From positions 6,631,186-6,695,185 of the forward strand of contig CM082589.2 of NCBI GenBank assembly GCA_040954595.2: DNA of 64,000 bases, written 5' to 3'. The position numbers and the translations under genes were made by a program. This stretch comes from Balanoglossus misakiensis. Lineage: Eukaryota; Animalia; Hemichordata. This document shows positions 1-12,400 of this stretch, piece by piece (the stretch's first letter is position 1; every line of letters begins with the position of its first letter). Under the pieces are notes generated by a model. The model did no database searches. It worked only from the letters and a program-made list of their open reading frames with translations, and had not been told where the DNA came from.

Positions 1-455
1 CTCTTGATCAAGCCTTGCAAGAGAAGGCTTGGTTTCTACATCAACATCATCATCACCCTTGCCATCTGCCTCAGTCTGCCCTTCTTCAGATTTCACATCA
101 GCCACCGGTTCTGTTTCTGGTTTTGAATCATTGTCAGCCACTGGTTCTGGTTTGGACTGGGTTTCTGCCTTCAGATCATCCACAGATTTTAACCGCTCTT
201 CACCGTCCGAGTCGACTGCTTGAGATGGACTCGCACTTTCCTTGACCTCTTTGTCTTCAGTCTGCGTCTCTGTAACTTCCTCCTTTTCTTTAGAGTACAC
301 GTCTTCATCAACATGATCAGGACTGGACGACGTCGCGGTTACTGACTCTTCACTTCTTTCTTTGGCCTCTCTCTCCCGTTTCTCTGCTTTGGCAGCTTCT
401 TTCGCAGCCTTTCTCTCGCGCTTTTCCTTCTTTGCTTTCTTTTTCTCCTTCTTAG
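1..455 (-). CDS. ERICH3: ERICH3 exon truncated by window edge
   Basis: ttttaacag|CT AAG AAG GAG; open to position 1; duplicated KPE(TE)PVAD motif. Confidence 0.83.
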
Positions 456-3400
456 CTGTTAAAAAGACACGATGAACCCAATAATTAATAAAGAAGACAT
501 TTTTTGTGTTTATTGTCCAAGCTCTCAGTAAGTCAAATTTAAATGTGATAATTGAGAGAGAAATGACAAACATTTATCAGGATGTCTGTATGGCATAACA
601 AGTGAGATGGCAATTGAAATACACACACTGATTTGAATCAGATATCCACTGTCGAGGATATTTGTTATTTTTGATGCAACAATGTTAGAGTCTTAAAATT
701 AAAGTCCCATACCTTTCTTCAGGGCAGCAGCTGTTTCATAGGCACTTTCATCGTCACTGGTTTTCAGGGCTTCTGTTTTTTCTCTGTGCCGTTCCTCATC
801 TGAGTCTTGCTGTTTGTCCGAAGACTCCTCTGCCTCTTTGCGCTTCTTGTGTTTTTTCTTCTTGTGTTTTTTCTTCTCTTCTTTGTCCGATTTCTCTTTT
901 TCAGTGTCATCTTTGTCGCTTCTCACCGAGCTCTTGGTCTCTTCTGCTTCTGTTGTGGTCAAGAATTCTTCTGATCTGTCTTTCTCTGTCTCGCTTGCCT
1001 CTGGTTGCCTGCTGGCCTCTGCTTGATCCTCCGTCGTCGCGGAAACCCTATCGGCAGCACCGTCACCTGTTTCCTTCGCATCACTCTTTGGGCTGGGTGT
1101 TTCATCGGCCGCAAAACTATCGCTCGAGCTCTTCCGTTCTCGTTTAGATTCATGCTTCTCGCTTTCAATCGACGACAGACTGCTGAGTGAGTATCGGTCA
1201 GAATCCCGCTTATCCACACTCTCCTTCACTTCGCTTTCGTCTTTTATGGACGCCACTTCGGACGCAGAATCAGAGTGAATCTGGTCCCTGTCTGTTCTGG
1301 ACCTAGTGTCAGTTTTCTCAGATTCATCTGGAATCTCATCCTCCTGCTCACTCTTGACGCTCCCTGCATCATCTTTGTCCTTGACTTCTGCCTCGCTGTG
1401 GACAGATTCAACATCACTGTCTTTTTTCTCATCATCAGCCTTGGCATCTTCTTTATCTGAATCTACAAACATGAAAATGTGAAAAAAAAATGGGTTTTAA
1501 TTAATAATCAGAATTCCTAGCCATGCATTGTGTGGTCTTTTACATCCCATGAAAAAATATGTCAGTTTGTTGGTTGTTCTGTAGAACCATTCGCTGGCTG
1601 TTACAACTGACTGTGTAGATTTCAAAATTTAAATTACAACAATATTGGTCTCGGTCTGTATGCTTGAATAGAAGGTAGAATATTTTTTTAAAAAGGAAGA
1701 GGTCATGCACTTTTTTCATAATCATACAATTGCAGTGCATTACCAAATATGGTAAATACTCACATGCAAAAATACAGTGCAAGTGAAAAAAAAAATTAGT
1801 ATCAACGTTATTTCCATATATTAAAGGAAATCACCTGCATAAATGTGATCATAGCAATATCTGATTTGATCAAATTATCACACCGTCTTCTATATAAAGT
1901 ACTCATTAGCATAAACATGGAAATACTGTTATCTGATTATATCATTATATGTTAATGTATTAATTTGTAACACTCAGAATGTGATTCTGGATTTTTCATA
2001 GTTACATTACCAAACAAAAATATATTGGTTCTAAATTTTTACTGTAGTGTGAATAAAATACATTTTGTATCAAAGCCTGATTTAGAGAATAACGACAAGA
2101 AGACCCAATGTCATAATTTTTTCAAAATTTCTGAAGTTTGCACTGAGGTTTATGTATATTTTGGACTGAAACACACCAAAATAAAGTGCCAGGTAGAATG
2201 AAATTTTGTGCATGATAAAATACTGACGATGGCCAAATGAAAATAAAACGGTTTGTGATGAGATATACACACACAAGTAAGAGTTTGAACACAGTCAGAC
2301 ATGCATGTGACATGCACAGACTGCAGACAGAAAAGAGAGAAATTTTTACCTTGGAATTTATTTAAGACTAAAGTCAACAGTGCACTGTACAGAAAGAAAA
2401 ACTGACAAGTGAAAGCTAGCCACAGAAATCAATTTGGGCAGAGATTCAAAAATGATACACGTTCAGATGATCCAGTGGTTGGAGAATCTTCGTAGCAGTT
2501 TGGGAGAAGCATAAGCCCCCCAAAATACACTACTCATTGTAAACTTCTACATAATTTTGCATGAAATATTTCATTGAGACCATGCATGAATGGATGTTTC
2601 GACACTGTATTGTGAAAAGAAAAGCTCACTGGTGCACAATGGAAAAGGTACAGCATCCTCACAGTCAAGAACTGAGATACAGTAGGACACAAGAAATCTG
2701 CTGCCTTGACATGCACAACTCTGTGAACACCTGTCATTGATATGAGTGTGAATATGGCCCAAGATATGGTTGGGTTTTTTTTCAAAACTATTATATGTGG
2801 ACACACATCCAGTTCTATAATGCTGAGAATGCCTCTAGCAATATCTAGACGTACCTGAATCAAAGTCATCGTCATCATAATTATTGGATTCTTTGTCGTC
2901 TTTCTCACTCTCTTTGTCTGATGTTACGGCACCTTTGCTTTCTTCTTCATCAGATTTGGCAGCTGTTAAAATAAAACAACCACAACTGGTCAGAACTTGC
3001 AATTAGCAAAGTTGAAAGTATGGTCATTTCTTGGTGCTTATGAAATTTCAGAGTCTCGTTTCTAAGAGCGATCTAATCCAAATACATGGCACCTTGGCTA
3101 ATTAACGAAATACTGGTTTGAAGTAGTAAATTTGAAGGACCAAAAATTCCTGTTATGACCACTAGAAAGACATAAGACTTTCCATGAACTGACAGACATG
3201 CGCGCGTTTCCCCCAAGTGAACCACGATTGCTTACAGGAATGCAGAAGTACCATTGAGCAATCGACTCACCTGCATCATCTTTGTCTTTTCCCTCTTCTT
3301 CATCTTCGAAGTCATCATCATAACCGTCAGACTCTTTCTTTTCATCTGTTGTGGTTGTCAAAGAAACAAGAAAATATTGGGAATTTTGTTTAGGTGTTTG

Positions 3401-6400
3401 ACCAGCTGTGAATCCCAGACCAACAGGAGGCCCCAAGTTTATCTGATTAATTCAGTGTATTATGTTACCCAAGCAACCAAACATTTTCAAACATTTAAAT
3501 ACTGACCCCTGCAGAAATGTGGTAGCGATGTCATGTGTCATATTAACAAAGCCATGACACTGTGGAAAAAGAGTTGGCATCAGAGATACGAAGGAACTTA
3601 TTGATGAACATCTGATGAATTAAGCCAGACATATAGATATCACACCCCTGGTGCTTTGGACTCTGAAAGACCTCGGACACTACACCACGGTCATTATGGT
3701 CCGTGGCTGTGCATAGCAACAGTGCAGGACTACCGTTGAGGAGTGAGAATGGGACAATTGATTCCTTGTGCAGAGGGTGTGCATACCAGGTATTTAACCT
3801 TAAAGATGATGGGACCATTTGCCATCATACACATCATGGACGCAATTTCAATACATACCACAGAAATGGTACAATTTATGGCACAAAGGTGGATTAACCG
3901 TGAACATGGAGTGGTAGGTGGCTACACACCACAGGCACAGTACCAAGACCGTATCAAGACTGGGCCTAGCTTTAACCCTTATGCTCCCATGGTTTGGCCC
4001 AAATCCAACGTTTTCTATGGCAAAGTTGGACCACAACACAGGGAAAGGGGGGAGGGGTGTGTGTGAAAAGGTTAAAAGGGTTCTCTTTGTCTGTGGGTTA
4101 ACAAAGATGGACTTGTTCCACCAATACAGGAGCAAAACAAAGACAAACAGTGCAGCCAAAGAAGCAGTGCAATGAGATCAAATCACACATCATCACCTCT
4201 AGGCAAAACGGCGGTACCTGAGTCGACCGTCTCCGCCTTTTTCTCATCCTCGTCTTCAAAATCATCTTCATATCCATTGTTTGATCCTTCCTTGATTTCA
4301 TCTTTGATAATCACGATTAAATATGAAAAAAGAAATAAATTTTGCCCAAAATAAGATCGCTAGTTACTGCCATTCCTTGTCACAAACAAATGCTTGGGTT
4401 AAAGGTTAGGTTGGGTATCACAAATTGCTGGAGATAGAAATAGTGAACCCATGTGGGAACACTCATGCAAGAAGCCCAATGTGGAAAAAAAAATTATGTG
4501 GCACTATTTTATGTGGGATTATGAGACTATATCTTGATTTCCAGAAGGTAAACAGTTAATTGTTTCAGTTTCATTTGTGGGGACTGGTTTCTTAGCATGT
4601 GGAGTTTTATGAAAGTGTTTGTGGTGTTTACAGAGCATTTGGACTGTTTTGATGCAAGGGCTTGAAGGGCTTACACAAGGGAGTTGTTGTAGTCTATGTG
4701 TGTGAATAATTCATAGGACTTTTGTGTGGGGAGAGCTGACTTCCACAGGAAGTATGTGATATTGTATATGGCAAAATTTTATGTGAAACTTGTGTCAATA
4801 GGAAACAACAGTTGCATGCATACACTGTGCACACAGCCAAGTGCAAAGGTCAACTTTATATTTGTGAGTGAGGGGGCAATTTTACAAAATTATCGATGTC
4901 ACTTTACCAATGAATTTGACCGTATGTTGAGTTTTCTTTCCGTCATCAACTTGATCCACTATGGCTGATTTAAATATGAAAAGAGTATGTAAATTAGATG
5001 ACATTGACTGTCTTTGTAATTTTAGAAAGAACTTGTTGTACGTTTTTTCTGCTACAAAGTTTCAGCATGACGGGACATTAATTTGACTTTAAAAAATTCA
5101 ATTCGTTAAACAGAGCTGCAATCTGCCATCTTGAAATTCTGTCGACCACATGAGATTTTTATCACTCACCTAGGTAGCCATAACCTATTTAACTTTTAAA
5201 ACAGTGAGAATTGAAGACTCAATGCAGTACTTTTTGGAGAAAAATACACAAAGAGGGCAAACATGTGATCATTGAGATTACCGGTAACTAGGAAATTTCT
5301 GTGTTAAACTTCTAGATTAGTGTATTATTGTAGGACACTTGGGTGTGGTTGTGTTACACATGCCATCACCTCCGAGTGTAATAAGCTCATAGGTTTGGAT
5401 TGCAGTTAATAGAGCAACAACGTGGCACAATATCACCACGAAGGGTATTACATGTCAACTTGTGGATAATGATTCACTAGAATAGGATTTACTGTACTGA
5501 GTTTGCACCTGAAAGAATTCAAAAGGTCTTGGTTTATGACGGGTTAATTCCGTTCTGACTCACTGCATGCACAGGTTGTTTCCAAGCTCTTCAAATAAAC
5601 AATGCACAACAAATACATATGTTGCTATGTAAGATATTCTTTTTGCTTTAAGTGGATCTTGGTTTAAGCAACAGAAACACACTTCTGATTTATGTTTTAT
5701 TTATCCAAAATAAATTATTTGGTAGTGTTCGAATATCAAGTTTTAATTTCTAGTATTTTGGTTCATATTTGCGACCATCAATTAATCAACTGACCAGGCA
5801 TTAAAGAGGATCAACCATCTGTTGTTGGGAATGAGGTTGTACTTAAATTTTGGGTCAATTTTGGCTATGGTTATTTTGAGGCTGTTGTTTGCTCTTTGAA
5901 GAAGTCATGAAAGAGAAGATTTTCGTATTTTATTGTATTATTTTGGTATTACATCGTATTCAGTTGTATTGTGTTGTATTGTATTTTTGTATAGTATTGT
6001 ACTATACTGAATCTTACGGCAGTATATTCCGACTCTGCTGAGAGCAATTAGTGTATATGTATGCAAAGAAATTGACCAGTCAGAGACAATCTTGCAAGAC
6101 TGCTGAGGGGTCAGGGCTGTATGTTAATCTGAGATACCTCCTTACTCCCCACGTGACATGCACACAATATTTGGTTATAGTTTACGAAGATGATAGCACA
6201 CTCTGTTGTCAAAACACACACAGTGACACATTTTATTACAAGTGGGACATGGATGATGAAATGAAAACAAAGAATTTGTCACTGCATTGTAAAAGATACG
6301 AGGGACGCATCATTTTGATGAAAAGACATTGTTTTTTATTACACTATATTCTCACAACTACCATTTTACAATGAAATGTGGTTTATTTTCACTATTTCTA

Positions 6401-9400
6401 CGATCTACATCTAAATGCTTAAAAAATTGTCCAAATCTCTTTACTTGTGTATTTCAAGTTAACTATCATTAAAAAAGTTTTCTTTAAAATATGAAACCTG
6501 ACAGTTTTGATAATGAAATTTCTGTAAAAAACATACTTTCTAAGCTGACCTGGTAGTACAGTCAACTTTAGTTTTCTCAAGTACTAATCTAGACTGCCAA
6601 ATAAAATTGATACGAAAATATTGTTTGGATAAATGGTACTACATATTTACAACTTTATATACAGTGATTTTGTGGAAGAGAGCAAAATGCATGTTTCTAT
6701 GGTAATAGTATCATGTCATCTTTTACAATGCAGTTGAGGCATTAAACAACAAACACAACATGAATGAACAGGATAAAGATGAACAGTCAGATGCAGATTA
6801 GATTAACCCTTTCACCGCCATCTTTAATTTCGGTTCAAATTAGAAAACACAAACACCTGCGTGATTTCAAATGATTTCGTACAATTTCTGACGTATTTGA
6901 AATGAGCTTACAAATCTGGTTTGATTGGGTCAAAAATTAATTCGTGTAGGAGTAAAAAATTATAAAATTGGTAAAATTTTTGAATGATTTCTGGCGGGAA
7001 AAGGGTGACAGTGTAAGGGTTAATATCTGAATGCAGGTTACCACACCGATGACATGAATTACAGTTTATAGATGATATAACACAGCACACAATATCACAG
7101 CATGCGAGTTACTACTCTTCCAAACAATTAATTTACATAAAAAAGATCACCAAGCAACAAAAAGGTGAAAGATCACAGTGAAAATGTTGCGAAATTCCCC
7201 ACAGAAGAGAATTTACAGACAATGTATAAGAAAGTGCGTGCCCAACATACAATTTTTCGACAAAATGTTTAGCACATAGAGTTGTACACTGTGTCAATAT
7301 GTGTTCAAAATAAAACTAAGAAATATCCAGTTTATATCACGTCAGATGAAAGCAATATAAACCCTGTGAGTGAAGGATGATAGTCTTGGGGTTTCTACTG
7401 CTTTTAATACGTAACATGAGATATAACTGCTCTCTTCTTTTCCAATATGGCTGCCACAAGTGGCCATGGCAACTGCTTTAACCCTGTTATTCCCAGAATT
7501 CCCACATTGTAATGTGAGCCATTCTATTCAATGGAAAGAACAGCTTCAGTACAATGTAAACTAGGAATATCAGGGTTAAATTGACCTTATTTTTTAAAAC
7601 AATTTTACTGATTGTCTGTCAAAAAATGGCATTGTCTTTTCTTTAGTTTTCTTTTGAAAACCAGTCACACAGACGTTTTTGGTTCAATTTGTATGACACA
7701 TACAACGTCAAACTAAATATACCAACAAGCAAGTCCGCTGAAATAACCCAAAACTTTAGCTACTAAGAACAAATTACAGCTGCACAATTTAAAGTAGAAG
7801 CAATGCAACTTTAGATTTTCTTTACATGCTAAATCAATAAATAAATTACAACAATCAGAGTTTTGTTTGCGGCGACTTTTACAGTGACAGCAAGCAGCCA
7901 TAAAATCAAATGCCAGATCTTCCGTCATGTAACTGAGGGATGCACTGGGTATGTGTTTATGCCTAAGTCACCGGCATTTGATGGACGTGGTGTAAGGTCA
8001 CCACACACAAAAGTGAATGTGGTTGCATGTGATGGAACACTGAGTGGTGTGATTTTTCTGATTTTGACAACCAAATGCACTGTGTCAGAAAATGTTCACT
8101 GATTGACATGGTTGAGAATGCATATCTATGTTTGTCAATTGTAAGACCTCACCAATGCACCATGGGAAATCAGGACTGTCGTGACTGCAATGCATGATGG
8201 ATGATCAGCGCATTGCTCCGCAGATCACAAATGCATCATGGGTGATGAAGATGACAATCCTCAAACCTCCCCAAGTGCACCATGGGTGATTAGGATTGAA
8301 ATCTTCAACGGGGGTAAACAAAAACCCATAGCCATGATCTCGCATTATGGGTGATTAGGATCTCAGATATTCCGATTACATAAGCATGACGGGTGATATA
8401 TAATTAATGATTCTAATCTTCGAAATCACTGCTATAAGCTTCCTGATCAGACTGGGAAGACTCACTGCTGCTGGAACTTCCAGATTCTGACTCACCATCG
8501 GATGTTTTCCCTGCCGACTCTCTCTGACTTTTCTCTTCCTCTTTCGCCTTTTCTTCCTTCGCCTTCTTTTTCTTCTTCTTCTTCTTTTCCTTCTCCTTGG
8601 TGTTGGCGGCAACTTCACATCTTCAAAGATAAAAAAGTCATTTTTAGTCAGTTTCGTACACCAGACGAGTAGAACACAACCTAGGTACACAGTAAGCTTG
8701 CACTTGTAAAAAAGTAATGAATATCAAAATCATTTCATGTCCAATCTCATAATCTGACATAAGACACACATTAACCCTGTCAACACAATAGTATGGTCTA
8801 AATCCATTGTTCTCTGTTATAGTCTTGGTTCTCTATAAAGCCAAACAGGGCTGAAAGGGTTAAAGGTATACAGTCACCTCCAATTTGCATACGCCCATAT
8901 ATGGCTTATTTGAGGGTTTTAAAGAACATATGGTGGCGCTCTTTTTTTTCCGCGTGTGCCACCCACTGCAAATCCGTGATTGGCTAGATCTCATATTTAC
9001 CATGGTATTAACTGTAGCACAATTTCCATAGGTGACCGTATACCTTTAACACTTGTCTAATACCGATATACACTTACTTGAAGCATTGATAACCGCCTTC
9101 TACAGACACGTATGAGAAATGGCCTTTACCTCCACCCAGTCGCTTGCCAGGTTTGTACTTGTACTCACAGCAGGCACTTATCCTAATGACCTGAAGTCCA
9201 TTTATGTAAATAGTTGCACTGAAGGGGTAACCACGGTGACGGCGGGAGACAAATACAATTTCATCTGGAGGGGGGAAAAGAGACAAATTTGATGGAGGTT
9301 TATCAAGGAAATGTATCGTGGCGGGGAAATATGAAAGAAGGTCTCTTTTATTTGAGTTAGCCTTGGTATATTTTGTTGCACACACAAAGCTTTTAGATGG

Positions 9401-12400
9401 ACGTCATCGCCTTCATTCTTGCAGGTTTGGCTTCTTTCATCATTTCAGTTCGCAAATCCTGCAGAACAATATGAATGGGTCTTGGATTCAGGGGCAAAAT
9501 ATCTTATTTACCATATCAAGAAACTGTGGCTTCTACAGATTCATGAAAAACGATTTCCTGGCTCCATTATGACACAAAACGTTCCATGAAAATTGGTCTA
9601 GGTCGGCCAATATGTGAAAATCTCACACATAAAACATGAGCCATGTTAGCTCAGAGTAGCCTAGTCCTAGCCGTATTTTGTCCGCTTTGCTCCCAAAACT
9701 AGTTACATCACAATTCCCAGCAATGGGTATGGGGTTTTATTGGGCCAGTGGCATGAGTGAGGCTAGGCGGTAGTTTTGGAAGCAAAGCGGACAAAATATG
9801 GCTAGGACTAGGCTAGCTGAGAGAGACATTCATGTTTGTCAAAACAGTGTGTAAGATTGCCTTTGCTCATAACATATACTTTACCTCCTTCCCTGACTCC
9901 TCCTTTGAAGACACACAAGTTTTCGCCACCGCAGTGCTGCTGGAATATCATGACTTCGTCTCGGTCGTCCAGCCTCTCGTAGGATAGGTTCAGACCGTTG
10001 CCTCTGTACTTCAAGGTGACATCACACATCGACTGCAGCTGGGTGGGGTGTGGGTACGCTGGTTCTCTCTTGTGTAAAGCTAGTGAACCCTGAGTGTAGT
10101 ACACAAGACCAAAAAGGGTTGATCAGAAAAAAAGGTAAAATTTGACAAAAGCTTATTTGTCAACTTTTCAAGATGTATTCCTCTGACGTTTTTAGTAATT
10201 CCACTTATTTTCTGATAGGATCTACTAAATACTGTAAAACATGTTATTTTCGCGAGTTGAAATTTTCGCAATATCGAGAGAGGCCACTGTTACGCGAGTA
10301 TTAATTTTCTCGTTTTCACGTTCATCGTGCACATTGTTCTTTGGGTATATCTATGCTATGAGTCTTTATTTTTGTGTTTTTTGGCTCTCCCGTATTTCGC
10401 GTAAATTTATTGCTTGCGAAAATAACATGTGTTACAGTACCAACTTCGCACTGTAACTCTACCGACAACTCGACCATATCATTCAGTATACGAGAAGTGT
10501 CCTCACTTTATTTGTCTTTTCATTAATTTTCTTGCCGTCTTTGGTGACCACGGTTCTCCGATGCCTGGGTGTTGACTTGGGCGTGGAGGTTGCACTTTTC
10601 GGTGGGGGCTGAGGCAGCAGTACTGGGACTCTGTAGGGTGAGCCGTCACTGGCACTGATGTCCAAATCGGCCATGGTGAGTGAAAACTTTTGAAGCGTTG
10701 CTTGGTCCAGCTGCGAATGCATATAACAGGATACTTAATGTGTGTAGGGAATTCTCCCGACCTTAAATATGTTTTTGGCTACCTAGGTGGGTAATAAAAA
10801 TCTCACATGGTCGACACAATTTCAAGATGGCCGATTTTTGCCACGTTTAAGGAATAGGAGTTCATAAGCTAAAGTGATGATGGATCATTCTGAAACTTTT
10901 TAACAGAAAAAATAACAAAATGTGACAAAAGTTCAATGAGTTTAATATGGTAACTACAAAGACAGACATGTTTGACCCAAGGAAGTCATGAAATACAGTA
11001 AACATATCATTTCTTATATCTCTTACAACAGTGGGTTGTCGACTTTTTGACCAGAATGCAATGTTAGAATGCTCTAACACCTCTGCCTGGAGATAGTAAT
11101 CATTTGTAAAAATTATGGGTAAAATCACAAAATTCTGTACAGCAAACTAGGGGTCCGGGTTCAAAGGTTAAGCCATGCACTCACCTCTACAAGATACTGT
11201 CCATCAATCTCTTCTGTCTCTTCCTCCTCCTCATCTTCTTCCTCTCTCCTCCGAGATCTCCTCTCTGGTCGTCCATCTTCTTTCACATACAGATAACTCT
11301 GTGAACAGTCAAGTGAACACAATATGAATATTTGTATTTTAGGTTGTGATCTTGGAAACACAGCTCTTATATTAAAACCTCCATTTTGTTTTTCTTGAGG
11401 AATATCGTGTTGTAAAATACAGTAAATTACATTAAAACATCTAACAAGATGAACTATCTTCTTTGGTTTATTACTATCACACACATGAGAAAAATGAAAT
11501 CAAAAGAAACAGTTTCACTTCAATAAGACTGTCAGTATTAATGATTTTTAAGCCATATAATACGAAATTTATCATTTTTTAAAGAAGATCAAGATTTAGA
11601 GGCAAAAAGAATTTATGATTGTTGCTCTGCATTAAAACAATCTCCATTTTTTTGTTGAGCAGGAATGACTTGATTTGTTTTAAGGCTGTCTTTTTCTCCA
11701 TACAGCCACTGAGTCAACTTCACAGGGGAAGAAAACCATTCATGTGTCAGACATTTCATCAAACTGAAATGGAGAAAAACTTGACTACACTGAAACCGGG
11801 TCTATTTTTATCTTCTATTTTGCTGCAAGTCATTTTATACGAAGACTTACACACACGCACACACACCATGAAAGCTTTGGTGATTTTATTTTCTGAGAAT
11901 TCTACAGATTAAAAACCAACATGTCTATGAAATCTGAAGACATAAATCAATGCAGTTGACATATTAAAATTTATAATGATTTCTCCATCCAATTGGAAAA
12001 CAACCTTCCTCCTATAATGACACTTATATGAATGTCCTTGAGTTTTCACATTAATGAGTAACGCTCTCATCAGGGAATATTAAAAACCCCCACAAGTAAT
12101 CAACTCCGATCATATTACGCTGGCAACTCACACCCCTGGTTGTGTTGATGATGGCAATTTGGAAATGACATTTAACACGTCAGACAAATGAGTTATCACC
12201 AGAGAGTACTGTGATAAAAAACCTCTTTTGTCTCAAACTATGCCTGACCACATCCTGTGTGGTCCGGATTCATCCTGTGTGGTCTGTGCCTACGACTTCC
12301 CCTCGTTATGGTAATTATCGGTCCAATTTTTTTTTTCATGTTTTCTTTTTTTCCACTGTCAAGCTTATACCCCTAGGTGATTACAATAACCGGGTTCCTT

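Noticed and set aside
8154-8400. CRISPR-like repeat-spacer appearance
   Set aside because: Repeats are degenerate, the period is irregular, there are no cas genes, and it lies in a eukaryotic intron.
8376-8690. Arg-rich protamine-like ORF
   Set aside because: Wrong frame of ERICH3 exon 8; the spliced frame is Lys/Glu-rich.
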